In this document: positions 16,178-25,317 of the stretch, in pieces
Numbering within the stretch: the stretch's first letter is position 1
How the letters are laid out: every line of letters starts with the position of its first letter
Assembly (NCBI GenBank): GCA_965261945.1
Contig: CBDHEF010000002.1
Location: 1,999,327-2,063,326, forward strand
Length of the DNA: 64,000 bases
DNA from: Dehalococcoidia bacterium
GTDB lineage: Bacteria > Chloroflexota > Dehalococcoidia > Lucifugimonadales > UBA3495
Direction: 5' to 3'
Made by a program: the position numbers and the translations under genes
Notes under the pieces: generated by a model
Told to the model about the DNA's origin: nothing
Databases searched by the model: none
Seen by the model: the letters and a program-made list of their open reading frames with translations, nothing else

Positions 16178-19100
16178 CTACTCGAAGAGAAACCCCCGGA
16201 CCACGCGGCTGTATCGCTGGTAGAGAAGACCGCCCGCCACCAGGATCAGACCCAGCGCCAGGAAGGCTATCACCCGGTACTCCTGCTCCAGTTGAAGGGA
16301 GTCGAAGGCGAACAGCTTGACTACCGGGACCGCCAGCAGCGTCAGCCCCGCCAGCCGAACCCACCGAGACCTTCGGACTACGCCCAGCACGATCAGCGCG
16401 GCGGCGTAGACGGCCCAAAGCAGGCTCAACCCCAGGCTCGCTGCGTCTTCCCTGGCCTCGTAGGGCAGATTGAGGAAGTCGCTGTTGGCCGATGTGATGA
16501 CTTCCGCCGAGAGCAGCCAGAGCGTAACCAGATTGCCCAGCGCCAACAGGACGGGCATAGCCGCCCGCCTCTCAGTTTCCTCTATGGGGTTGGCCGAGTC
16601 TTCAGGGCGGCGGAAGGCCAGCCATCCCGCCGTATACAGGGTGGCAATGCCTGCGGCAAACGCCAGGAACCGCCAGTTCAACGCCGGGCGGAAAGTCTCC
16701 AAATCCACGTCAAAGGTGTCCAGCGCCAACAGCCGGAGCAGCATCGCGGCCAGCAGCCCGTAGGCGAACCAGCGCACTTCCCTGATTGCCAGCCTCTCCG
16801 ACAGACCCAGCAGCAGCACAGCTTCCACCGCCCACGCCATGGCAATCCAGACGCCGTCAACCTGTACGGGAACGGCGATGGCGGCGAACGCGCCAGCCGC
16901 CAGGGCAAAGATGACTATGGCGGGCATCTCCCGCGAGTTCAGGGCGTCGCGGCGGCGCCATACCAGATACCCCGCCAGCGCCGACGCGAGTATGGCAACA
17001 CCATAGTTCAGCGTGTGCCAGTTCAGGAAGAAGGTAAAGTCCTCGTCCAGGGCGTAGGGCGAGTCCCAGTCCCACCCCAACAGCCACACTGCGAATAGGG
17101 CAAATTCCTCGTTCAGGGCGTAGGGCAAGTCCCACCACAGCAGCCACGCGGCGAATACCGCGAACAGGAGGTATCCGAACCAGCGAATTTCGCGGATTTG
17201 CAGGGTAAAGGAAAGCCACAGCAGCGCCAGCGCTTCCGCCGCCCAGGCCACGGTTATCCACGGCCACTCCAACTGGATTGGAACGGCCACGGCGGCGGCG
17301 GCGGCGGCTCCCACGGCGAACGCGGGATAGGCCGCCCGCTCGTACCCTTCCAGCCTGTCGCGTTTGTACCAGAGCAGCCAGGCGGACTGAATACCGGACA
17401 GGATTACCGCCAAATACCCCAGCATATTGAGGTTGAGAAAGGGCGTCAGTTTCTCCCGGAACGCATCGGGGGAGTCCACGGCAATGAGCCATGCCGCGCA
17501 CACCAGGTACATCACGTATCCGAACCAGCGCACCTCCCGAATCCCGAGCGGGAAGGACAGCCACAGCAGCAGCGCCGCTTCCACGGCCCAGCCGATGGGG
17601 ATCCAGATGCCGTCAACCTGTATGGGGATGACCACGGCGGCAAAGATGGCGGCCCGCAGCGCAAATGCGGGGATGGCCGCCTGTTCCCGTATCGGCAGGT
17701 CATCGCGGCGCAGATGCAGCAGGTATCCGGCCAGGGCGGGCAGCGCCACCGCCGCACCGTAACTGATCATGTATTCGTTGAAGAAGGGCGTTAGCTCTCT
17801 GCCGAACGCGCCCGGCGTGTCGAGGGCCAGCAACCACACGGCCGACACGGCGAACATCGCATAGCCGGCCCAGCGCAACTCGCGCATTCGGAGCGGGAAG
17901 GACATCCACACCAGGATCAGGCCCTCGACGCCCCAGGCAACGCTGATCCATGGCCCGCCCAACTGTATCGGCACGGCCAGGACAGCGAACACCACGGCCA
18001 GCCCCGCCGCAAACAGAGTCAGGTTGAACTGAGCCTCTCTCCGCCAGCGGCAGCCGACGGCCAGCAGGGCATAGAAGGCGCCCAGCGATGCGGTGAACGC
18101 CCCCATCCAGGGGCGGTATTCGTCGTAAATCAGCCAGTAGCTGATACCGTAGAAGGCCGCCGCGTTCAGCGTAATCAGGGCCAGGTCGAGCATTCCCGAC
18201 GGCTGCTGCCGCACGACGTGGAAGGCGACGGTTGCCCCGGCGAATACGAGAAATATGGCCGTATTGCCAATCTGCGCCAGGGCTACCGACGGTTCCAGTT
18301 CCTGCTGCCAGAACCCGAAGAGAATCAGCGACCCCACCCAGGCCATCAGGGTGAACCAGCGCCAGTTGCGGAAGCTGGCCAGCGCCAGCACTCCCACGTC
18401 CAGCACCAGCACGTAGCCCAGCAGAGTACGCTGGTCGGGCAACCGTTCCTGGAGTAACAGGGGAGTGGCGAATCCGCCGAAAATGGAGAAGACGGCGACG
18501 GCCACCGACTCATGGCGCAGCGACAGCACGGCCCCGGCCAGCGTAATCAGGGAAAAGGAGCCGAAAGCGGCCCAGGGCGAAATCAGCTCGTACAGGGCGA
18601 ATGCCCCGTACACCGACAGGTAGAGGATTGCCAGCCCGCCGCCGGTGACCGTCTGCGCCCAGACGGCATAGCGCCTGCGCCAGTATTCACCCGCGCCGAT
18701 GAACGCCAGACCGCCGGCGACGCCCAGCGCCACCCGCTCAACCTCCCCCAGCCAGCCCCGGTCTATGGCCAGGCTGATGAAGAACGCCACGCCGAATATC
18801 AGCGCCACGATTCCGATGCGGGCCAGCCAGTTGCCGCCCAGCAGCCACTCCCAGTTCCAGTTGGAGAAGTCCATCGATGGCAAAGACGGCAGAGTGGGTA
18901 ATCCGATTCCACCACCCGCCGGAGACGTCACTGCCTCAGAAGGCGAGTACCAGGCGGTTCGTGCGCCCGCTCGTCCCAAGGCGGCGTCAGCCTGTTCGAC
19001 CTGGGACGGGATGGCCGGAGTCGCAGCCGTGGAGGAAGACGGAGCGGGCACGCTCTCCGGCTCAGGCGAGGGCCGCCGGGGAGCGGAAGGGGCCGCTGCC

Positions 19101-19402
19101 GGTGGTGGCAATGGCGGAGCGGATGGTTGCGCCTGCTGAGGGGCGCCGGAGGGGCCTCGTTCCCTTTCCAATACCGACAGCCGCAGCGACAAGCGGGCCA
19201 GTTCGTCGATCATGGAGGTCACGGCGGCACGGAGTTGCCGCAACTCCTCATCCGCCGGGTCCGATGGCCCACGTGCGGGCCCGCCGGTATCTCCGGCAGA
19301 CGACGAAATGTCCGTTTCATCCGAAAGGGGAGCGGGCGCGCCGCACCAGGGACAAAAGCGGTCGCTGGCTGTTGCCGCACGACCGCAGCTACGGCAGTTC
19401 AT
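16178..19402 (-). CDS. DUF2339-type giant polytopic membrane protein with N-terminal zinc ribbon
   Basis: MNCRSCGRAATASDRFCPWCGAP, then a coiled-coil (LRQLRAAVTSMIDELARLSLRLSVLERE), a Pro/Ala-rich linker, and more than 25 TM segments. Four or five ~115-aa internal repeats follow the pattern LWLSFxLxIREVRWFGY.... Confidence 0.8.
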   Translation of the reverse strand: MNCRSCGRAATASDRFCPWCGAPAPLSDETDISSSAGDTGGPARGPSDPADEELRQLRAAVTSMIDELARLSLRLSVLERERGPSGAPQQAQPSAPPLPPPAAAPSAPRRPSPEPESVPAPSSSTAATPAIPSQVEQADAALGRAGARTAWYSPSEAVTSPAGGGIGLPTLPSLPSMDFSNWNWEWLLGGNWLARIGIVALIFGVAFFISLAIDRGWLGEVERVALGVAGGLAFIGAGEYWRRRYAVWAQTVTGGGLAILYLSVYGAFALYELISPWAAFGSFSLITLAGAVLSLRHESVAVAVFSIFGGFATPLLLQERLPDQRTLLGYVLVLDVGVLALASFRNWRWFTLMAWVGSLILFGFWQQELEPSVALAQIGNTAIFLVFAGATVAFHVVRQQPSGMLDLALITLNAAAFYGISYWLIYDEYRPWMGAFTASLGAFYALLAVGCRWRREAQFNLTLFAAGLAVVFAVLAVPIQLGGPWISVAWGVEGLILVWMSFPLRMRELRWAGYAMFAVSAVWLLALDTPGAFGRELTPFFNEYMISYGAAVALPALAGYLLHLRRDDLPIREQAAIPAFALRAAIFAAVVIPIQVDGIWIPIGWAVEAALLLWLSFPLGIREVRWFGYVMYLVCAAWLIAVDSPDAFREKLTPFLNLNMLGYLAVILSGIQSAWLLWYKRDRLEGYERAAYPAFAVGAAAAAAVAVPIQLEWPWITVAWAAEALALLWLSFTLQIREIRWFGYLLFAVFAAWLLWWDLPYALNEEFALFAVWLLGWDWDSPYALDEDFTFFLNWHTLNYGVAILASALAGYLVWRRRDALNSREMPAIVIFALAAGAFAAIAVPVQVDGVWIAMAWAVEAVLLLGLSERLAIREVRWFAYGLLAAMLLRLLALDTFDVDLETFRPALNWRFLAFAAGIATLYTAGWLAFRRPEDSANPIEETERRAAMPVLLALGNLVTLWLLSAEVITSANSDFLNLPYEAREDAASLGLSLLWAVYAAALIVLGVVRRSRWVRLAGLTLLAVPVVKLFAFDSLQLEQEYRVIAFLALGLILVAGGLLYQRYSRVVRGFLFE

Positions 19403-19550
19403 ACGCGCCTACCATCCCGGTCGCCCTCTTGCCCGTCATCCAGCGCCCGGCTCCGGGCTGTCGGCCTTTCAGAAGAATCTCGCGCTGTCTCCGGGGGGAG
19501 CAACCTGCTGCCCCCGGAATTGCATGGTACCGGAGTCTTTTGATTGTTCT

Positions 19551-19675
19551 CACTCTCTGGAGAGAGAGGGCTGGGGTTAGGGTGAAATCCGGGGATGAGA
19601 ATATGTTCCCTCACCAGCGGGGACGCCCCCACCCTAACCCTCTCCCGGGGGGAGAGGGAACAACTAAAAGACCCC
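19551..19675. repeat. Family-A REP/MITE-like element, full-length inverted-half-site copy
   Basis: ctctggagagagagggctggggttagggtgaaatccgggg ... ggacgcccccaccctaaccctctcccggggggagagggaacaactaaaagaccc. The two halves are mutually complementary. Confidence 0.65.
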
Positions 19676-19770
19676 TGCCGCGGCTTCGGGGTGTATACAA
19701 ACACCGGCAAACATCTGCTATAATAAATTCAGGCTGAATGGAAAGTCCAGGCTTTCCAAGGGCGATGCGA

Positions 19771-19845
<75 letters not shown>

Positions 19846-19928
19846 TTTTTATGCCTCGCGTTTTGCGCCTCGCGCCCTTCCCCCATCCGGCCTCCGTTTT
19901 CCCTTCCGCAACTGCGCCTTTCGCGGCC

Positions 19929-20948
19929 CTACGGTTCCACCACCATCTGAAGCTCGCTTGAGGGGCGGCACAGGGACTCGAAGGCTCCCTGTATTCCGTC
20001 CAGCGGCACGAAGTTGGTGGCGTTCAGCATGTGGTCCACCGACACCCGCCCGGTGCGCATCAGCTCCAGCGCGATGCGCCAGTCCTGCGGCAGGGTTCCG
20101 AAGGACGACTGCATCCGCACTTCCCGCGCCATCCAGTTGGGCGGCAGCACTGGCGTCGGCTCCCAGGCGATTGCCAGCATCACCACCTGCCCGCCCCGTG
20201 CGCACAGATCCAGCGCCTGCTCCATCGTGGAAGGCGCGGCGGCGCACTCGAATACCACCTGCGGCCCGGCCCCGCCGGTGAGTTCCAGCACCCGTTCCTC
20301 CAGGCCGCCGTCCAGCGGGTTCAGCACGGCGTCAGCACCCAACCGCCGGGCCGCGTCGGCCCGTCCGGGGGCCGGCTCCGACACTATCACCGTGGTCGCC
20401 CCGGCGGCCCGCGCCGTCTGCATGCAAAGCAGCCCGATGGGACCGGCGCCCAGGACGACCACCGAATCGCCGAGCTTGATATCTGACAGTCGCGCGGCAT
20501 GGACCGTAACTGCGCAGGGCTCCGTCAGCGCCGCCTGCTCGTCGGTAACGTCGTCGGGCACCGGCGTGAATTCCCACTCATCCATCAGCACGTATTCGGC
20601 ATAGCCGAGCTGGCGGGCATTGTGCTGGAAGCCCATCGTCCGGTAGTTGAATCTTGGGTTTGCTCGCGGTCCGGGTGGTGTACCGGCCGGAGGGCGCCCG
20701 CCGCCGCCCACCACGCGGTCGCCGCTCCGCACCAGCGACACGCCTTCCCCCACGTCCACTATCGTTCCGGCGAATTCGTGCCCCAAAACAGTTCCGGGCT
20801 TGGCGATGTCATACATAAAAGCGTGAACATCCGTCCCGCAGATTGCGGCGTATTTGACCTTCATCACCGCCTGCCCAGGCCCCGGAACCGGATCGGGAAC
20901 GTCCTCCACCTGCAGTACCTGTTCTCCCTTGTAGACAGCCGCTCGCAT
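19929..20948 (-). CDS. Zinc-dependent alcohol dehydrogenase (MDR family)
   Basis: MRAAVYKGEQVLQVEDVPDPVPGPGQAVMKVKYAAICGTDVHAF...GHEFAGTIVDVGEGV...VVVLGAGPIGLL. GAGGTGA precedes the ATG at 20948. Confidence 0.85.
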   Translation of the reverse strand: MRAAVYKGEQVLQVEDVPDPVPGPGQAVMKVKYAAICGTDVHAFMYDIAKPGTVLGHEFAGTIVDVGEGVSLVRSGDRVVGGGGRPPAGTPPGPRANPRFNYRTMGFQHNARQLGYAEYVLMDEWEFTPVPDDVTDEQAALTEPCAVTVHAARLSDIKLGDSVVVLGAGPIGLLCMQTARAAGATTVIVSEPAPGRADAARRLGADAVLNPLDGGLEERVLELTGGAGPQVVFECAAAPSTMEQALDLCARGGQVVMLAIAWEPTPVLPPNWMAREVRMQSSFGTLPQDWRIALELMRTGRVSVDHMLNATNFVPLDGIQGAFESLCRPSSELQMVVEP

Positions 20949-21135
20949 ATGCGTCACCTCATCAGGTTTGTTCCTGCCAGTATAACCTTTCTGTTGCAGA
21001 GCCATGTTGCCCCATCAGTTTCAGAATTTTGCATAGCCTCTCCAGAGAATGCAGCATTCTCTGGATTCCACATTCAGGCTCGGTGGGGTTAAACTGGCAC
21101 ACAAAGCTGAGGGTACGCATCAAGGAGGACGACAG

Positions 21136-21897
21136 ATGAATTCACTGGGACGGGTTGCCATAGTTACCGGGGCGGGTTCGGGCGTGGGGCGGGCCTCGGC
21201 CCTGGCGCTGCTGCGCGACGGGTACTCGGTGGCGCTGGCGGGCCGCAGGATAGAAACACTGGAGGCGTCGCTGGCAAAGGCCGGGGAACACCGGGGGCGG
21301 GCCATCGCGGTGACCGCCGACGTGGGCAGCCCCGAATCGGTAAGCGAGATGTTCGCCCGCACACAGGAGGCCTTCGGCGGGCGGCTGGACGCGCTGTTCA
21401 ACAACGCGGGCAGCTCATCGCCGCCGGTCAACATGGAGGACCTGACCTTCGAGCAGTGGATGACCGTGGTCAACGCCAACCTGACCGGCACTTTCCTCTG
21501 CACCCAGGAAGCCATCAGAATTATGAAAGACCAGGACCCGATGGGAGGGCGCATTATCAACAACGGCTCCATCTCGGCCTACGTGCCGCGCCCCAACAGC
21601 GCCCCCTACACCGCCACCAAGCACGGCGTCATGGGGCTGACCAAGGCCACCTCGCTGGACGGGCGCAAGTACAACATCGCCTGTAGCCAGATAGACATCG
21701 GCAACGCGGCCACCGACATGACCGCGCCCATGGAGCGGGGCATCCTCCAGCCCACCGGCGATGTCATCCCGGAACCGCGCTTCGACGTGGAGCACGTCGC
21801 GGAGCAGGTAGTCTACATCGCCAACCTGCCCCTCGACACCAATATCCAGTTCATGACCATCATGGCCACCAAGATGCCATTCATCGGCCGGGGGTGA
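21136..21897 (+). CDS. SDR family oxidoreductase
   Basis: [38 protein letters not shown]...NNAG...[21 protein letters not shown] precedes the ATG at 21136. Confidence 0.85.
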   Translation: MNSLGRVAIVTGAGSGVGRASALALLRDGYSVALAGRRIETLEASLAKAGEHRGRAIAVTADVGSPESVSEMFARTQEAFGGRLDALFNNAGSSSPPVNMEDLTFEQWMTVVNANLTGTFLCTQEAIRIMKDQDPMGGRIINNGSISAYVPRPNSAPYTATKHGVMGLTKATSLDGRKYNIACSQIDIGNAATDMTAPMERGILQPTGDVIPEPRFDVEHVAEQVVYIANLPLDTNIQFMTIMATKMPFIGRG

Positions 21898-21912
21898 TTC
21901 ACCACGACTTTG

Positions 21913-22479
21913 ATGGAAGCCGGCGATTTCAGGTTTGGCGTTGACGTTTCGTGGGGCCGCCTGCCCGACGGTATGGCTGCGGGCGTCGTAACCGGCGTGG
22001 TGGCGGATTCGCAGGACCGGGTCTATCTCTGACGGCAGCAACAGGACCCGCCGGCGCTGGTGTTTGACCGGAACGGAAATTTCCTGGACTCCTGGGGGAC
22101 CGGCTACGTCGTGGAACCCCATTCGATGTACATCGGCCCCGACGACGTGATTCATCTTGCCAACCGGGGCGCCCATGTAGCGATGAAGCTGTCGGTGAGC
22201 GGAGATGTCCTGCTGGAAGTCGGCGACGGGGGCCACCCCTCCGACACCGGATGCTTCGAGGACGAGGGAGTGGCGCTGCGGGCGGGCGGCCCGTTCAACC
22301 GCCCCACCCGGCTCTCGCCTTCGCCGTCAGGCGACCTGTACGCATCCGACGGCTACCGCAACTGCCGGGTGCACCGCTTCGCCGCCGACGGGCAATTCAT
22401 CGCATCCTGGGGACGCCCCCACCCTACCCCCCCGGAGGGAGAGGGAGCAACTAAAAGACCCTGGAGTTCTTGGGCATAA
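21913..22479 (+). pseudogene. NHL/beta-propeller (peptidylglycine-amidating-lyase-like) gene fragment with an in-frame TGA and a truncated 3' end
   Basis: MEAGDFRFGVDVSWGRLPDGMAAGVVTGVVADSQDRVYL-TGA(22030-22032)-RQQQDPPALVFDRNGNFLDSWGTGYVVEPHSMYIGPDD... Homology ends at ...GQFIASWG, where a family-A repeat (22411-22463) supplies the tail and the stop. Confidence 0.55.
22411..22463. repeat. Family-A repeat, half copy
   Basis: ggacgcccccaccctacccccccggagggagagggagcaactaaaagaccct is nearly identical to 19621-19675. Confidence 0.6.
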
Positions 22480-22510
22480 AGGCCCTGCGGCAGACTGAAG
22501 GGCCGTGCCT

Positions 22511-22720
22511 TCAGCCTGAGCCGCGCACGATTAGCTGAGACAGCAGCCGCCTGGACGACTCCGCGATTTCGGCGACGGCGTCGTTGAAGGCTTGAGCGTT
22601 GGCCTGCGAGGGCTGGCGGTAGCCGCTGATTTTGCGGACGAACTGCAACGCCGCCGCCTCAATCTCAGCGTCTGTTGCGGGCGATTCCGGGTTGCGCATG
22701 ACCTTGATGCTGCGACACAT
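22511..22720 (-). CDS. DUF2277 domain protein
   Basis: MCRSIKVMRNPESPATDAEIEAAALQFVRKISGYRQPSQANAQAFNDAVAEIAESSRRLL fits the conserved DUF2277 pattern as I remember it. The start is taken at M30 of the track ORF. Confidence 0.7.
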   Translation of the reverse strand: MCRSIKVMRNPESPATDAEIEAAALQFVRKISGYRQPSQANAQAFNDAVAEIAESSRRLLSQLIVRGSG

Positions 22721-22737
22721 GGCGGTCTCCGCTACAT

Positions 22738-23256
22738 TCAGTTGGCGTTGCCGGGGCGGTACTTGTCGCCCTCCTCGCGGGTGATGCGGCCCGAGGCCAT
22801 CAGCCACATCCGGGCTATCTCCGGCCCCATGAACTTGAAGCTGCGGCGCAGTTCCCGGGCCAGCGGCGGGTACTCGTGGCCCTCAATTGTCTCGTAGAAC
22901 CATTCACAGAAGCTGCCGTGCTCGTCGCGCAGGGACTGGACACGCCGGGCGTTCTCAATAACCGCCTCGATCTTCAGGCGATTGCGGACGATGCCTCCGT
23001 CCTGCCGCAACCGCTCCACGTCGTCCGGGCCCATGTCGGCCACGGCGTCGATCTTCCACCCGGCGAAGGCTCGGCGGAAGGCGTCGCGCTTGTCCAGAAT
23101 CATCTTCCATGTCAATCCGGCCTGGAAGACCTGGAGGCTCATCACCTCGAACAGCGCGTCGTCGTCGGTGGCCCGCCTCCCCCAGATGGTGTTGACGTAC
23201 CAGTCCCGCAGCGGGTCGGGCGGCGTGTTGGGATCGGGGATTGATTCGTGGGGCAT
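22738..23256 (-). CDS. tag: DNA-3-methyladenine glycosylase I family protein
   Basis: LFEVMSLQVFQAGLTWKMILDKRDAFRRAFAGWKIDAVADMGPDDVERLRQDGGIVRNRLKIEAVIENARRVQSLRDEHGSFCEWF. Confidence 0.8.
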   Translation of the reverse strand: MPHESIPDPNTPPDPLRDWYVNTIWGRRATDDDALFEVMSLQVFQAGLTWKMILDKRDAFRRAFAGWKIDAVADMGPDDVERLRQDGGIVRNRLKIEAVIENARRVQSLRDEHGSFCEWFYETIEGHEYPPLARELRRSFKFMGPEIARMWLMASGRITREEGDKYRPGNAN

Positions 23257-23332
23257 GATACTCCTTTCGATTTAACCACAAGCAATACTGATCTCACAGA
23301 GAAAATAGTAGAAGTTACGCAGTTGGAGAATT

Positions 23333-23370
23333 CACCTTCACCCTACCCCCTCAAGGGAGAGGGGATAGGG
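23333..23370. repeat. Family-A repeat, half copy
   Basis: caccttcaccctaccccctcaagggagaggggataggg. Confidence 0.5.
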
Positions 23371-23502
23371 ATTCTCAAAGTGTGTTGGTATTGCCGAAAG
23401 CTCCGTCATCCCCGCTTTCGCGGGGATGACGGGAAAACGAGAAGGGATAGTGGCATTGCCAACACACAAGGGATAGTGGCATTGCCAACACACTTTGAGA
23501 AT
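23371..23502. repeat. MITE-like element with a 25-bp TIR around a family-B palindrome and a perfect 26-bp tandem duplication
   Basis: attctcaaagtgtgttggtattgcc (23371-23395) matches the reverse complement of 23478-23502 at 23/25 positions. The core is gtcatccccgctttcgcggggatgac. aagggatagtggcattgccaacacac is repeated in tandem (23442-23467 and 23468-23493). Confidence 0.6.
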
Positions 23503-23596
23503 ACCAGTCCCTGTGGGTTGCGCCCACGCGTGAGGTCTGATGGTATCTCTCAAGCCAAATCTAAAGTAGCCGCAAACGCGGCACCGGAGAATCGGA

Positions 23597-25180
23597 ATGC
23601 ACCATCTTCTCAAGGGGAATCCATTAATTTTAGTGGTCGCGTTTGTCTTCCTGTTGGCGGGACTCACGGGAGCCGTAAGCTGGCAACTGGCAAGCGCGGA
23701 GGGCGACACTCCGGGGCAGCAGGTAGATGAAATGGAGGATGTAGAGGACGTTCACGATACCCAGGGTGTGGGACCAGTGGGGCAGGTGAGGGAGGAGACG
23801 CACCGCACCGCTGACGACCGGCTGGTAAGCATTGGGGCCACGATTCCCGGATATGGCGGACAGTACATAGACCAAGCCAACCCTGACGTCCTAAACGTGT
23901 TCCTGCTGGACACCGACGACGAGGAGCAGCAGCGAGCAGCAATAGAGGCCGCAATTAGAGCAGAGTTTCCTCACGCCATCCCACCGGGAGGCATCGCTAT
24001 TGTTCAGGGGGACTATAGCATCATCGAACTCAAGGCGTGGTATGACGACGTAATCTTCGCTCTTGCTAGTTCAGGACTTGTACTCAACGGGATGACGTTT
24101 GCTGATTTGGCGGAACATGCCAACCGCATAGATATTGGAGTCGAAAACGAGGAGTTGGCGTCTCAGGTCAGGGAACTTGCAGCGGAAGCGGACATTCCGC
24201 CAGACGCGATTAGGGTCTTCGTCAGCGAACCAGTCCGCTTCCGCAACGGCCCTTCCAACGCCACGGTACGCGACAGATTCCGACCGAATATCGGAGGCAT
24301 CCAGACCCAGGGAGAGAACAAAGGGTACTGCACTCAGGGATTCGTCGTCATCCGCTCTGGCGTGCTAGGGAGTGTCGTCAATTTAAGAATATCGGTCTCC
24401 AAGCGTCTGTTTCCGTCATAGCGCGTGTTTCCGTCATTCCCGCGAAAGCGGGAACCCAGAATCCGGTATCTGGCAAATACGCATTTGCTGCCAATAGCCT
24501 TTGGATTCCCGCGAAAGCGGGAATGACGGTGAATATGACGACACTCCCTAGGCGTTGTCGTCAATGCCCACTGCACAAGTTCGTTCACTTCTATGGACTC
24601 GACCCTCTTCTACCAGCCCACAGAGAATAGCAGCAACCGGATTGGTGAAGAGACCGTCAACGGCGACATCCACGACTGTACAACATGGCCTTGGGCTGGG
24701 TACGAATGTCGCCGTGCCGATGTAGCGTTCGTCGACTTCGACTCCGGGGTCAGCGGAAACAGGGGCCTTATCGCCAGAACGACCGGGAACAACTCCATCA
24801 CCATCGACAACGAATACCCCAGGTGGAGGGTCGTGTCCGAGGAGTCCGATGGCGGTGAGGTAGGTGAGATCATCGTCATGGTGGGACGCACCACGGGCAC
24901 CTACACTCCGGTCATCAGTCGTCGGTGCGTCTACGTACCAAATGAGTTAGATATTGTGATGGAGTGCCAGAACCAGGCCGCAGCCCCTCGCATACCAGAC
25001 GGCGACAGCGGAGCCCCAATCTTCAAGATTACGAACACCCCGCAGTATGGAGACGTCCGCCTTTACGGTATCTTCTGGGGCAGCAACGTGGACGAGATAA
25101 TCTACAGCCCCATGGGTCAAATCCAGGCGGGTAGCGAACTCGGCAGCATAGGCTCTTGTGCCTCCGGATTCGGTTGCTGA
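23597..25180 (+). pseudogene. Secreted S1 (chymotrypsin/alpha-lytic-protease-like) serine protease, interrupted by a 183-bp insertion
   Basis: Track ORFs 23597..24421 and 24593..25180 share one frame. The N-terminus has a signal anchor (LILVVAFVFLLAGLTGAVSW) and a pro-region. Then comes ...GYCTQGFVVIRSGVLG / insertion / LGVVVNAHCTSS (His), ADVAFVDF (Asp) and PDGDSGAPIF (Ser). Confidence 0.7.
24365..24551. mobile_element. Nonautonomous MITE-like insertion (family B) with an 11-bp TIR and a CTAG target duplication
   Basis: CTAG(24365-68)-ggagtgtcgtc(24369-79)...two cccgcgaaagcggg palindromes...gacgacactcc(24537-47)-CTAG(24548-51). Removing the element plus one CTAG restores ...GVLGVVVNAHCT... 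in frame. Confidence 0.65.
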
Positions 25181-25242
25181 CCAACCGCTTTAGGGAGCAT
25201 TGGCCGCTGTTGTCTCGCGTTCGTCAGCTTACGAACACCAAA

Positions 25243-25262
25243 CCCCGGCCTGATGGCCGGGG
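25243..25262. terminator. GC hairpin between convergent genes
   Basis: ccccggcc-tgat-ggccgggg lies between the stops at 25180 (+) and 25318 (-). Confidence 0.5.
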
Positions 25263-25317
25263 CATCGCTTTGTCTCAATATCAAATCTCTGTGTCCTCTG
25301 TGTTGAATTAAACCCGC

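Noticed and set aside
14908-17098. ORFs 14908..16065 (-) and 16064..17098 (+), 385 and 344 aa
   Set aside because: Shadows of the bicupin dioxygenase and the DUF2339 gene respectively. Both are low-complexity Arg/Gly/Pro/Gln-rich.
19846-21100. tRNA-Gly as an integration site for a genomic island
   Set aside because: No integrase, no direct repeat of the tRNA 3' end, and the downstream genes (Zn-ADH, SDR) have native-looking composition.
22030-22032. In-frame TGA in the NHL/lyase-like gene as a second selenocysteine site
   Set aside because: No Cys or redox motif at that position in the family pattern, and the gene is also truncated by a repeat. Pseudogenisation is the simpler reading.
23442-23493. 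Possible CRISPR-like array (26-bp direct repeats), plus other tandem repeats in the window
   Set aside because: Only two copies, directly abutting with no spacers, and no cas genes. These are simple tandem duplications.
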